This document shows, one piece after another, positions 1 to 12,218 of a stretch of 64,000 nt of DNA (its first letter is position 1; each line of letters starts with the position of its first letter). Under the pieces are notes generated by a model. The model was given only the letters and a program-made list of their open reading frames with translations, was not told the origin of the DNA and made no database searches. Source of the DNA: Camelus ferus (lineage: Eukaryota); NCBI RefSeq assembly GCF_009834535.1, contig NC_045696.1:4838001-4902000 (forward strand). The letters run 5' to 3'. Made by a program: the position numbers and the translations under genes.

Positions 1-137
1 TTAGATTAGGGCCCACCCTCATGGCTTTAAAGAGGTAAGCCCTTTAAAGATCTCACATCCAAATCCAATCACACTCTGAAGTACTGGGAGTTAGGGCTTC
101 AACATAAGATTTGCAGGGACACAGTTTAGTCCATCAT
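1..137 (-). mobile_element. MaLR LTR (MLT1B/C-like) 5' end, cut by the window edge
   Basis: gattagggcccaccctcatg...gaagtactgggagttagggcttcaacat...ggacacagtttagtcc is the reverse complement of the MLT1 LTR start; similar copies at 44930-45062 and 46564-46710. Confidence 0.8.
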
Positions 138-1140
138 CTAAAAAGTTGTGCATGCACATTCTGCATCACAGAGAATCTCTGTGACTTACATTATAAAGGC
201 CACAGCCCCATTTCAGAGCCCTCATTTATGGTCGTATTTCACCTTCCAGCAGGTGGAAAGCACAGCTGCCTTCAGGTTGGCCTGTTTCATTGTCGGTGGC
301 TTCTTCTGCGCCCTCCCCTTTCTTTAGTTCCTGCTTATCTCAGTGGTAGGTCCTCAACAGGCTTCACAGAGAATTCCAGTATTTGTCTCCTTCAAATTGC
401 ATGTTTGATATATCCTTGATCATCTGTAGGTCCGAAAAGACTGTGCCACTCTTCCATGCGTGCAGGTCATCCTGTCTTTCTATTTCAGTCTGGCTGATAA
501 ATTCCCAACCATTAACTGAGATAAGGTAGTGGTTCTTGCCAGCAGGGTAAACCGAGTTACAGTGTCTGCTTTTTTAGCAAGGTCTCTGCCAGTTGGATGA
601 ACTGTCCCTTTATTCCCCCAAAGTGACATGGGTGCATCTGCTCAAATAAATTTGTGCTGCATATGGACTGTCTTGTTTGCTGGAAAATAGGTTCATCCTT
701 CATTGAGAGGGCCGACCCATATGACCTTTATAACAAAAATATCAAGTGCGCCACTGCGTTTGTGCCAATGAGCTTGGGAGGCCATGCTTTCCCTTCTGGT
801 CTCCCGCATCACGGTGGTACACGGTAGCTGCGCCCAGTTTCTGCAGTGGGCGTGCAGATCAGGGGAGAGGAAGCCTTCTGGAGGGAATAGGACAGGAGAC
901 ACATCGTGAACTTGTTTTGAGATATAAGTACTAGTGATTCTTTTTTTTAACCAAAAAAACCTTTTAACGTACAAAGATAAAAAATAAACCACCCACTCTG
1001 AAACAAATCCACACAGAAAACAGAGTGAATGAACTATTCTTGTATTTGACTTTGAACTATCTACAATATCATCTTAACTCTCCGAGTTCCCTAATAATTG
1101 AAAAGTCAGGATAAAATGATTTCAAAGTGAAGTTTACCAT

Positions 1141-1180
1141 TCTCTCTCTCTCTCTCTCCCTCCCTCTCTCTCTCTCTTTC
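1141..1180. repeat. (CT)n microsatellite, interrupted
   Basis: Direct reading. Confidence 0.95.
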
Positions 1181-1714
1181 GTTTAGGAAACAATATAGCC
1201 AATGTAACAAGATGCCTGTGTATCTCCAGTCAACTAAAACAAATTTATGAAAATTAGGACTGGTATACTGGTAGATTAAAAGATGATTATTTCCCAAAAG
1301 TTTATCTTTAGTTTAAAATACGGAATACTTCAGGGTAACTTCAAATAGCTCTTCATGATGATTCAAACTGTGATTCAATATGAAAAAATTCTTTGCACCC
1401 ATCTCCTGAGGAACATATGTTTTGGGATGTGATGTAAGCTTCTGTTCTAAATTTAAAAACTGAAGGGTGACATGTCCTCACTCCCATATTTATGCACAGA
1501 CACAACGTTTCTTTCTCATTCTAAATGACATAATAGAACTAAAAGTGGCCACAATGAGACTTAAGGGTCAGAAAAATGAGCTCCAGACCAGCTTTGTCAC
1601 CAGACAAGTGACGAGGCGCTTGGACAGTCTCTTTGCTCCTCTGAGCTTTCCCTCCTGGTAAAACAGTGGAGCAGAACTTCTCCCTCTAAGCCCGGATCTG
1701 ATGTGATCACAGCT

Positions 1715-1958
1715 TCGTGGGGTGTGGAGCCGGGTTACCTGAATCAAGGGCTGGCTCCATGGCTTCTCAGCCATGTGCCCTTGGGCAGGTGGTTTTTGCA
1801 TCCTCTGTTCTCAGTTTCTCCATCAATAAAGCAAGGAAAATAACATCCTGCCGATCAGGTTGCTGTGGAGGATTAAGTGATTTCATCCCTGCAAAGCACT
1901 TAGCACAGAGTCAGGGCCCTAGAACCACTCCATGCACAGCTAGTTGCTGTTACTGTTT
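1715..1958 (+). mobile_element. MIR SINE
   Basis: MIR core ctctgttctcagtttctccatcaataaa, then gttgctgtggaggattaagtga and gcaaagcacttagcacag. Confidence 0.75.
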
Positions 1959-3266
1959 TAAAAACACTGGGTTAAAAACCAGTGTGGGTCTAAGGCCACC
2001 ACCTGGCTGTAAAATGAGGGCGGGTCCAAAACGGCCCTGACTCTGTAGTCGGTTGGTCCCTGCCTGCTGCGTAAAGCGATTGACGTGAGCTTGTTTCTCT
2101 GGCTTGAGAACAGCCCACTTTTCTCTGCGTGTGAGGTTAAGAACCTGAGAAGTAAAATCTTGCTGGAGTAGAAGGGGTAACTTGCTCCTAACTGGTCAGA
2201 GTTCACGTTGCTTACGCTAAATCCCTGAAAAGAAAGTCTCCAGGTGCAGAGCTTTACCAGGTACATGCCACCCTCTCTGGCACATTAAAGGGAGAAAATA
2301 CCAGAAAGGAAGTGGGTAGATACAACTGAATATGACAACTAGAGTGTAGACCAGGAGGACCGTAAAATACCCGTATGAAAGTAAAGTTGCTGAACAAAAC
2401 CGAAGTAACTCCTAGCACTGCATCTTGTACCTGTGGCATCCCAAAGCTGCTGGTTTCAGGCTGTGACTCCCTTGTTACCCTTGAATTAGTCATATTAACT
2501 AAAAAAACACAACTTTAAGCTTCATGACTAAGAATAACTTCAGGTCTGAGTTCAAAATATGAACAGTCAGGAAGGACAGATGGGAGACTGAGCTACGTGT
2601 TACTTTGCAGTTGGTCCTGCTGGAGACGGGGTGGCATAAAGCTCTTGAATCACCTTCAACAAGCACATCTTGCCCATGGTGAGGAAAGCACTGAACAGGA
2701 CAGGTGGCTTTGTTGTGACACTGTTGTAAGCCTACCCCCAGCATAAATTGCAAGATTCAAGGCTCTTGGATACTCTGTTTCCATGGCTTTGTCCTGTAAA
2801 GCAGAAACATTAAATTAATGGCCTAATAGAGTTCTTGGTTTTAGTCATATTTACTGAATTTTCATTGGTTACAAAGCTCTTTGAACTGTATTGAGCTACA
2901 GAACATTTCCTTTTGTGGCCAAACCTGAAATAAACAAAACATATAACTGCATTACTTTGTATGAATTATCACATTTATATTAATTATGTAATTTTTGGTA
3001 AAAGACAAAAGATAGATGTACAGCAAACAGGAATGATATTAAAAAGTGAGAGACCCTATAATCCTGTGCCCCAGAGATGAACCGTTTAAGCGTGTTGAAG
3101 TAGCCTTACTTAGGTTTTCTCCCATGATAATATGTAAGGTTACATTTTTTCCCCTACTGAACCTATTAAAACACTTTTGCACAAAGTACCTTTGCTTCAT
3201 TGGACTTTTTAAATCAAACATTATATGTAAATAATTTGAATGTCATATCATTATAAAGAATTTATA

Positions 3267-3443
3267 GGAGGGAGGCTATAGCTCAGTTGTAGAACATATG
3301 CCTAGTAAGCATGAGGTCCTGGGTTCAATCCCCAGCGCCTCCATTAAAAAATCTTAATTACCTCCCCCCGGGGGGAAAAAGTATACAGGGCTGTATGTCA
3401 ATTATATCTCAATAAAACTGGAAGGAAAAAAAATTAAAGAAAA
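3267..3443 (+). mobile_element. Camelid-type tRNA-derived SINE (Vic-1-like, 3267-3380) followed by an L1 3' terminal segment
   Basis: A box tagctcagttg, B box ggttcaatccc, aattacctcccccc tail; then gtatgtcaattatatctcaataaaactggaagg plus A-tract; TSD aaagaatttata (3255-3266) / aaagaatttgta (3444-3455). Confidence 0.85.
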
Positions 3444-3459
3444 AAAGAATTTGTAATAA

Positions 3460-4530
3460 CGTTCCCCAACTTCCCTCCATAAAGGCAATCACTTTCATTG
3501 TTTTTACTAGTCTTTTTGGTATTTACTTTGATTTATGTATCAACTGACTTCATGTTATGATAGACGAGAAATTTAGTCACATACCCCGTATCACCATGCT
3601 CCTAGTATTTCTCAGTTTTTAGTCATATCCATTATAACCATGTAAATAAGTATTAACTGCTGAGACAGGTAGTATACTATGATTGCATTTCCCCTTTTTT
3701 GCTTTAAACAGCTAAGACTTCCACAGTGCACAGCCCAGAACAGTTTTCTGCATGGCCAGGTGTGTCAGGGAATTTATCAGTTCCAGTTTGTTTTCCCGGC
3801 AAAGGGCTTCCTCAGCCCCTCCGCTCGCTGCCAGTCTGAAGTGGCCGCTGCCTCCCCGCCTCCTGGCGGGGCCTCCGCCCCGTCCTGTGACCCTCAGGTG
3901 TCCGTGCACTTGTCCCTGTTGTTAGATGTTAGATTTTCTGTATCTCCCTCTGGGTTATCTTTCTCTCTCCTCCATCTGGTCACTTCCAAGAAAGGGTGCA
4001 TGGGAAGTACATTTTTAAGAACTTAAGTTTGGTAAAAGAATTTAATAAATCTGAAAATAATTCTTCTCTCAGAAACTTAAAATCATTTCATATGAAATAA
4101 TTTTTTCATTGCTTATTAGACCCCAAGGTTGTTGCCATTTCATTTCCTGATCTTTGGTAGTAAACACACTTTTATTTTTTCTCCTTGGAAATATCCAGGC
4201 CTTTCTCTTAATCCCTGACATCCCGTAATGTTATGAGGATGACTCCAGCTGTAGGTCTTGCTTCATTCACTACACTGGACGTTAAGTGACCACCACAGTG
4301 CAAACATTCCTGACCCTCAAGGCGGGGCAGTTCCCTCTTAGCACTTCTTGGACAATCCCCCTCCCCAGCAATTTCCAGCCTTCTTCCCTGCTGGGACTCC
4401 ATTGTTTGCTCATATTTTAAATCTTTATTCTTTAATTCTCCAAATCTTGTCTTTTTTGCTTGACAGTCCAGAAAATTTCTTCAGCTTTTTCTTCTTGTCT
4501 TCATATTAACTTTCTAAAATATTCTACATC
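3460..4530 (-). mobile_element. HAL1 or ancient L1M ORF1-like remnant
   Basis: aagaagggtgcatgggaagtacatttttaaga and the following T-rich antisense ORF1-like sequence resemble HAL1; highly diverged. Confidence 0.55.
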
Positions 4531-4815
4531 TTAATTAATTAATTAATTTTTATTTTTCTCTTTTTTTGTTGAAGTATAGTCAGTTTACAGTGTGGTGTCA
4601 ATTTCCGGTGTACAGCATAATAGTTCAGTCATACCTATACATACGTATATTTGTTTTCATATTCTTTTTCATTATAGATTACTACAAGATACTGAAGAGT
4701 TCCCTGTGCTGCACAGTGGAAACTTGCTGTTTATCTATTTTATCTGTACTAGTGTGTATCTGTAAATCTCGAGCTCCCAATTTATCCCTTCCCACTCCCT
4801 GGTAACCATAAGTTA
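4531..4815 (-). mobile_element. 5'-truncated L1 3'UTR (cetartiodactyl-type)
   Basis: T-tract then ttgaagtatagtcagtttacag...ctcccaatttatcccttcccac...ggtaaccataagtt. Confidence 0.85.
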
Positions 4816-6042
4816 CACTTATATTTTAAATACCCAAAAGCTCTGTTTCTATGTAGCCAGAGAGTAAATCTTTAGGCTACTGAGAAGGTGAGAGAAGGGT
4901 GGTCGTGTGAATGTGTGGGGGTGATGAGGACCTTGGGGTTTTCAGGAGTGTCTCCTTGTCAAGCCCCTGCTCACACCAAACATCACAAGTATCTGGTGCC
5001 CCCAGTCCCTGGGTTGTTCCAGGCTTCTGTGTGGGCAGAAAAAAAAGTTATCCTTGGTTACCCATCCTTATGTGTACACACCTGCTGCTCTTCCATCCGC
5101 GTCCTGCTTCAGAGAGTGGGCCTTGGGCTTGTGGACGTTTTGTAGTGGCCCCAAAATACTGGAGGCTCCAAACTGGTATTTGTTTTCCTCTCTGTCCCTT
5201 CTCTCTTCCCCTTCATCTCCTTCTCTTGCTTCTTGTCTCTCTCAGTCTCTCTCTACTATGGAATTGTTTTTTTAAACTAATTTCTTGTTGATGAACCTTT
5301 AGTCTTCTCCCTCCATTTTCACTGCTATAAACATTGTTGTTAGAAAAAAATCCAATATTTGTGCATGTCTCTTTTATCCACGCCTAGATGAGGTACTCCA
5401 ATTAAAATGCATGCATTTTTTACAGTATACCGTAATTTTCCAAATTACCCTCCAAAATAAACAAATTGCATTTCTAACAAGTTTGTATAAGAGTGATGGC
5501 TCAACTCTTACGGTTCCCAACTTTAAGCATTATCTCTTATCATTTTCAATTTGATAGGCAAATTCACTTCATGCCTTCTTTCATACTTCTGAATATATGC
5601 CTTTGCAAAGCTATATATTTCTGAAAGTAGAGCATTCATTCTTCCACGTAAATAGTGATAATTTCTACAGATATAGACAAACAGATGATAAAAATTTAAA
5701 TAGATTTGTGAGTTTTTTAAATTTTTATTATTTTTATTAAGGACCATAAAAATATCTAGAAAAATAAATAAATGTGATGCAATGATACATGTTCTAATGT
5801 GAAGAACTTTCTTTTGCTGCATTGTTTTTCTTCAGATCTCAGGAGGCATGTCATTTCCTCTTCTTTTATTACACTGAAGGATTTCTGAATCAGTATCTTG
5901 CCCTCAGTCTTCTCATTTATAAATAAAATTTATTTTCAATACATGTTTAGAGGGAGCATTTTTTTTTCCTGTTCGACAAAGGACTTTTTTTTTCCATAGC
6001 TGGATCATAATGCGATAGAGTTAGTTTGTCCCATAGTCAGCT

Positions 6043-6555
6043 CCCCAGTGTTCATCACAACATTATTTACGATAGGCAAGACATGGAAGCAACCTAAATG
6101 CCCATCACCAGATGACTGGATAAAGAAGGTGTGATATATACATGTATTATTTGTTTAATGGCTGAGTGTATATACAATACAATACTACTTAAACATTAAA
6201 AAAAGAATAAAATTTTGCCATTTGCAGCAACAGGGATGGACTTGGAGGACATTGTGCTAAGTGAAGTAAGTCAGACAAAGAAAGACATACTGTATGATAC
6301 CACTTATACATGGAGTCTAAAACATACCACAAACTAGTGAAACTATAATAAAAAAAGAAGCAGACTCACAGATACAGAGAACAAACTAGTGTGGGGGGAG
6401 GCAGTATCGGGGTAGGGACTGGGAGGTGCGAACTGCTGGGTGTAAGACAAGCTCAGGGATGCATCGTACGACACAGGGAATAGAACCAATATTTTGTAAT
6501 AACTCTAAATGGAAAATAACCTTAAAAAATTTAGAAAAAAAATTTAAAAATTAAA
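6043..6555 (+). mobile_element. L1 3' fragment (ORF2 C-terminus and 3'UTR)
   Basis: Encodes [26 protein letters not shown], homologous to [20 protein letters not shown] in the full-length L1 (ORF 12219..12461); A-rich end. Confidence 0.9.
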
Positions 6556-6795
6556 TACATTTGTGGATAAAGATCTATTAACTACTACGTAAGTTGGGTT
6601 AAATGTGTGTGCATGTGTGTGTGTAAAGAGTTACGGTGTTGGGGTTAAGAAACAAAGGCAAATCAAATTTTAAAAATTCTGATTTATTGTTGTGTCAGTA
6701 ACGACTTACATTTAAACTTGATTGCTGTTTCTACAAATCCTCTTTATTTTCTTAATTGTTTAAATGCGGGTAAAGTACTAATAACCAAAATGTGG

Positions 6796-6809
6796 GAGCC
6801 CTCTGGTGG
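6796..6809 (-). promoter_or_regulatory. CTCF motif (reverse orientation)
   Basis: Reverse complement CCACCAGAGGGCTC versus core CCASYAGRKGGCRS. Confidence 0.45.
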
Positions 6810-7199
6810 TAAAGTTAGATACAGCCTAGTATATTTATCCTTCAGCTTAAATTCTAGATTCATGAGATCCAGTTATTTTAAAGTTCCTGAAAATATAGAA
6901 AAAAATTAATAAAAAGAATAACAAAGTTAACTAAAAATTTTTTGAAACTTTCAAATATAACTGCATTAGGGAAAAACTAAGTTTTTTTTTTTTTGAGATG
7001 ATGATCAGCTAATTTTAATTAAGTTCTTATGAATGTTTCTGGAAACCAGAGAAATCAAACCTGTATGTTAGGTCATGGAGGAGTCCCAATGTCCTTGGAG
7101 CCTTGATGTCCCCTCTCAGCAGTTCAGAAGCCCTTTGAGATGGCCCCAAAGAGTTGCTATCATTTTGCCTTGAGAAAAGTGAAGGGTATGTAAAGTGGA

Positions 7200-7530
7200 G
7201 AAAAGAGGTGTGTTAGTTATCTGCAAGGGTCAGAAGGACACATTTGTCATAGTGATTCCCCTTCTCACTTGAACAGTGAAGGCAGAAATATGAAGCTGGG
7301 GGAAAAAAGCAGTTTCAGGTCCATGTAAGGAAGAATTGAACTATTAAAAACAATATTTTAAAAAATAGAATGGGCTGCCTTATGAGGTAGTGAGTTCCCC
7401 ATCTCTGTGAGTATTCAAGCAGAAGATGGAGACCTGCTTGTCAGAATTGCCATGGAGGGGATTCAGGCTTTCAAAGAATGGCCTGGACTATACTGTCCCT
7501 CCTCAACCTCCAGCCCTGGGACTGTGTGGG
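7200..7530 (+). mobile_element. L3/CR1 LINE 3' fragment
   Basis: gggctgccttatgaggtagtgagttccccatctctgtgagtattcaagcagaag is a typical L3 3' region. Confidence 0.75.
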
Positions 7531-8360
7531 TTACAGATTACCAGTCCTGCAGAAGTTGCCGATGGCATTGGAGGCTGTCTGCTTAAATCAAAGAGTTTCA
7601 GGACTGGAAGGTGGTGTTTAGTGCAGAAGTGGGTCTAGACCGGGGCGAGTGTCATTTATCTCAAGTTCCAGGAGGGTAGATGTATCTAGGCTGTATGTTG
7701 CCTTGTTTCTGAAAGCATGAACGTGCAGATCGCTTCTGATCCCCAGCAATTCCCTAGTTGTTCATGAGCAATGAATTTAGAATCACAGATGGGACTGTGC
7801 ATATGTCTGTGGGATGCTGGCATTTCTTTTTGAGCAACAGTTCCATTTATATTGCACCCCTTGTGACCACATCTGCATATTTCACGGTCTTTTTGAGATT
7901 TTTGCAGGCATGATTCTGTCACCCAAAACAGCAAGGATATGCTCTTCTTTTATTTTTATGCTTTAAAAAAACAAACAGACCTGAGAATTTGACAATCTTG
8001 CAGAAAATATTTTTTTTTACCAAACATGCTTATAGTCAAACAAGTTGTTCCAGAAGAAAGGGTCACTGTTCCTTTCTTAAATATCTCAAGACTTAGCTGC
8101 AGTGCCCTTTAAAAAGAACATAATTTTATTCTCCGAGTGAATGAGTCAACTCAACTCATTATTTTTAATCAGACACAGTTTCTAGTGTTGATATATATCA
8201 ATTTGAATGGGTTATTTTTCTGATACCTACCTCCCACGCTTGAACATTTTAATTCAGTTGCAGCTGGGCACTGGGATTTTTTTTAAAAGCTCCAAGTGAT
8301 TCCAACATGCTGTAAAGTTTAGGAGTCACTGCCCAGCCTCAACCAACAGCTACATTAAGG

Positions 8361-8542
8361 CAATGGTTCTCGGACAAGCATCACTTCAGAATTACTTGTA
8401 GGGCTTGTTAAACCAGATTGTTGGCCACCACTCTCATAGTTTCTGATTCCAGATATCCTAAGAGGGGTCCAAGAATTTGCTTTTGTAACCAGTTCTCAGG
8501 TGGCACTGCTGCCGGTGTGAGGACCATCCACGAGAGCCACTG
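8361..8542. mobile_element. MER5-type hAT-Charlie MITE; a second partial copy lies at ~8250-8335
   Basis: TIR-like ends caatggttctc / gagagccactg; internal gtttctgattc...aatttgcttttgtaacc. Confidence 0.75.
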
Positions 8543-8729
8543 AGCTCGGCTGAGGGACACACCTGGGTTTGCCTGCAGGCGGTACTGCTGCGGTCTCACA
8601 TAGTGCCTGTGTGAAAGCTTGTGGGCGCTTGCAGGAAGGGGCTTCTAGGAGGAAGGAAGCGGGTTTAAATCCCTTCTGCTCCCTCCTGCCTTCTTACCTT
8701 CCTATAGTCATTTTTCTGTTCTTATCCAC

Positions 8730-9176
8730 TGTATTAATTTCCTGTTGCTGATTTAACAAAATAGTACAAATATAAGTAGCTTAGGACAACACAAGGCTAG
8801 TGTCTTCCAGGTGTGGACACCAGCAGTCCAGTGGGCTACATGGGTCTCACTGGGCTAAAATCAGGTTGTTGGCAGGGCCGTGTCTCCTTCTGGAGGCTCC
8901 AGAGGAGAAAAAGGTTTCTTGCCTTTTCCAGCTTCTATAGACTACCTGCATTCCTTAGCTCGCAGTCCCCTTCTGTCTTCAAAGGCATCAATGGCTGATC
9001 AAGTCTTTCTGACATTGACTCTTCGGATTCTCACTTGCACCTTTGAGGACCCTCATCTTTACATTGGGCCCACCTGAATAATCCTGCATAATCTTCCTAC
9101 TTTAAGATCAGCTGATTTATTCACAGGTTCTGGGAACTGGATGTGAACGTCTCTGGGCAATGTTCTGCCTATCACA
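8730..9176 (-). mobile_element. MaLR solo LTR (MLT1D-like)
   Basis: TG...CA ends; gggctaaaatcaggttgttggcagggc, cttctggaggctccagaggagaa, cattgggcccacctgaataatcc. Confidence 0.85.
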
Positions 9177-9358
9177 CTTGCCTTCTCGACTCCAAAATCC
9201 AGGGGCTGAGAGATTGACTGTGAAGCCAGCTTTACACTTCAGAGCAGGGTGGGGTGACCTGGAGCAGATTATTGAACTTCTCTAAATTGCTAGAAGTCAA
9301 GGACTTAATGTACCTGCCTCACAGTGTTAAGATAAGATTAAATATGTGGGTTTTTATT

Positions 9359-9399
9359 TAGATAGATGATGATAGATGGATGGATGGATGGATGGATGT

Positions 9400-9464
<65 letters not shown>

Positions 9465-9470
9465 CAGACC
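9359..9470. repeat. Compound (GGAT)n(GATA)n microsatellite inside a diverged MIR (~9205-9520)
   Basis: Direct reading; MIR-like tacctgcctcacagtgtt before and ttagctattatt after. Confidence 0.95.
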
Positions 9471-9559
9471 AGATTCTGGCAAGGGAATTTTAGAAAATCT
9501 TAGCTATTATTATTGTTGTGTAACTGTCACTGTTTTATAAGAGTTATACATCTCTGCCT

Positions 9560-11894
9560 GCAGTCACCAATTCGCTACTTCATAGGCAAATTGTTACTAG
9601 TTCATTGGGTATCCTTTGGAAGATGTTCTTTGCATCTACAAACATATGCAAATATATAATTTATTTGCACAAGTGGTAGACTATAACTCATTTTTCTGAA
9701 TAATAATTTAATTCACATCAGCTTCCTCATTCTTTTCAATGGCTGTATAGTTTCTATTTCATAAATGTACTTCAGTTTACTTAGCCAGTCCTTTGTTGAT
9801 GAACATTGTATTGTTCAGTTCTTTGATAATTACAAACAGGGCTAAATTAATATTCTTATAAATTAGTAAGTTTGCATATGGCCTGTGTATCTGTTATATC
9901 AATTTCAGGAACTGAACCTTATGAATCAAAGGTTAAAATCTGATACAGATTGCCAAGTTATGTCTCTTGAGGTCTTCTGTCCACTTTCACACCTATCGGT
10001 GCTGTATGTGTGTGTCTGCACATTCTTAGCTAGCTCGTGTCATCAGTCATTTTTATTTCTGCCTCCGTGTGAGGTGAAAACAGTATCTCATATAATTGAT
10101 TAACATCTCTGATGAATGAATCAAGTGTTTTTTCATATATTCCTTCACAATCATATTTCTTTTTCAGTTAACCATTGATTTAGATCCTTCATCTATGTTT
10201 CTTTTGAGTGGTTGATTTTCTCTTTCATGACTTATTTGTAGGATTTTATCACAGTTTAAGGAACTATCTTTCCCATGATATGAATTACAAAAATTTTTCT
10301 TACTTTGTTTGCCTTTGATTTTGCCTTACTGAAATATTTTATTTTTATGTGACTGAATTTACAAATTGTTTTATGACATCACAGTTTTGCATCATACTTA
10401 GAAAAATGTTCCCTGTCTTAGGTTATATAAAACAAAAATTTTCCACTTTTCTTCTCTTGATTGCATTATTTTATTTGTGTTTTTTAAATCTCTGGAAATT
10501 GTTTTAATTTGACAAGTTGGTTAGGTGTACCACTTCAATTTTTTTCCAAAGTGTTTATCATGCACTAAAAAAATTATATTTATTTGTCTTTCTGGTCTTT
10601 CCTTTCAGTTCTATTCTTCTGTCTATCAGTGCACCCTGCCACAGTCTTAAAATATGTTTAAATATCTGGTAGATATATTTCTGACTTATTTACTCATTTT
10701 TTGAAGATTAATTTTTCTGGCTGTTTTTACATGTTTGCTCTGAAATTAGATTATCTGTCTGGAAAAAATCTGTTTGGTATTTCATTATTGTTGGCTGAAA
10801 GGTATAGACTAATTCAAGAATTGCCTTTTTTTAGGGCGTCAAGTGCTCTCATCATAAAAAAGATCTGTCATTCCACTTATTCAAATGTCCTTTTGTATAT
10901 CTGAGAAGTATTTCAACATGTTGTTCATATGGTTTGTATACATTTATTCTTCTGTTCCTGTTGTGACTAGGATCTTAGATTCAAAAAGGGTGGTTGTTTG
11001 CATATCCTTTGGCAGTCTATTTTTACCTTTTATTTTATACTCAGTCACTTTGCAGAATTATTTTTACTATTTGTAATAGTTTTTCAATTGATTCTCATTA
11101 ACTTTTCAGTTATGCAATTATATTGTATCCAAAGAATGATAATTTCTTTTTTTTTAATATGCATGGTTCTAATTTCTGTCTCTTATCAAGTTGTGTGTTA
11201 TCGCAGTTAATTTTATCACTGTCTGTGATTCGTTTCCCTTTTCTTGGTTAGTTTAACCAATCATTTATCTATTTTGTTATTTAAAACTTTATGTCTATTT
11301 AATAGTTCTAATATCAGTTTGCTTTCTAATGCATTGATTCTTACATTTATTTTATTTTTAATTAATTTTCTCCTGTTTCACTTGTATATATTTTATTGAT
11401 CTTTTTCTGAATTATTTAAATTGGGTACTGATTTTCATGCTTTCTTATTCCTTATATGACTGTGCAAGGCTATAAAATTTCTTCTGAGTATTGATTTTGG
11501 TATAGTACATCGGTTCTGACATGAACTAAACACACTGACGTTATTTTACAGATGTTCTCCAATCTCCGTTTTGGTCTTTTTTGTGACTCAAGAGCAAATT
11601 CCATGTGGGAAATCCTGTTTAATAGCAGTTCTGTCATATTGTGTTCAAAGAAAGTTCTGTTTTGTATCATTTCTACATGCAAAAATTTAATGAATTTTTT
11701 TGGTGGCCTAACATGTCTTCAAGATTGGCAGTTTTTTTCCTTGGGTTCTGGAAGTAAGTAAGTTAAATACAGATCTAACATGTTAACTATGTGGTTTAAA
11801 TCTTCATTAACTTCACTGTTTATGAGTATTTGATCAGTCATGGGCTGAGAGAGGTAAATTAAAATATCTTGCTACTAACGTATTTTTGCCTGTC
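9560..11894 (-). mobile_element. Ancient L1M (L1ME-like) 3'UTR/ORF2 remnant, left part
   Basis: Diverged antisense L1 motifs (aatggctgtatagtttctatt, tgttgatgaacatt, gtgaaaacagtatctcat, gctgagagaggtaaattaaaatatc). Confidence 0.7.
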
Positions 11895-12218
11895 TTTTTT
11901 TTATTATTATTGTTTATTTTTTAACGTTTTTTATTGATTTATAATCATTTTACAATGTTGTGTCAGATTCCAGGGTAGAGCACAAATTTTCAGTTATACA
12001 TGAACATGTATATATTCATTGTCACATTTTTTTCTTTGTGAGCTACCATAAGATCTTGTATATATTTCCCTATGCTATACAGTATAATCTTGTTTATCTC
12101 TTTTACAATTTTGAAATCCCAGTCTCTCTCTTCCCACCCTCCGCCCCCTTGGCAACCACAAGTTTATATTCTATGTCTGTGAGTCTATTTCTGTTTTGTA
12201 TTTATGCTTTGTTTGTTT

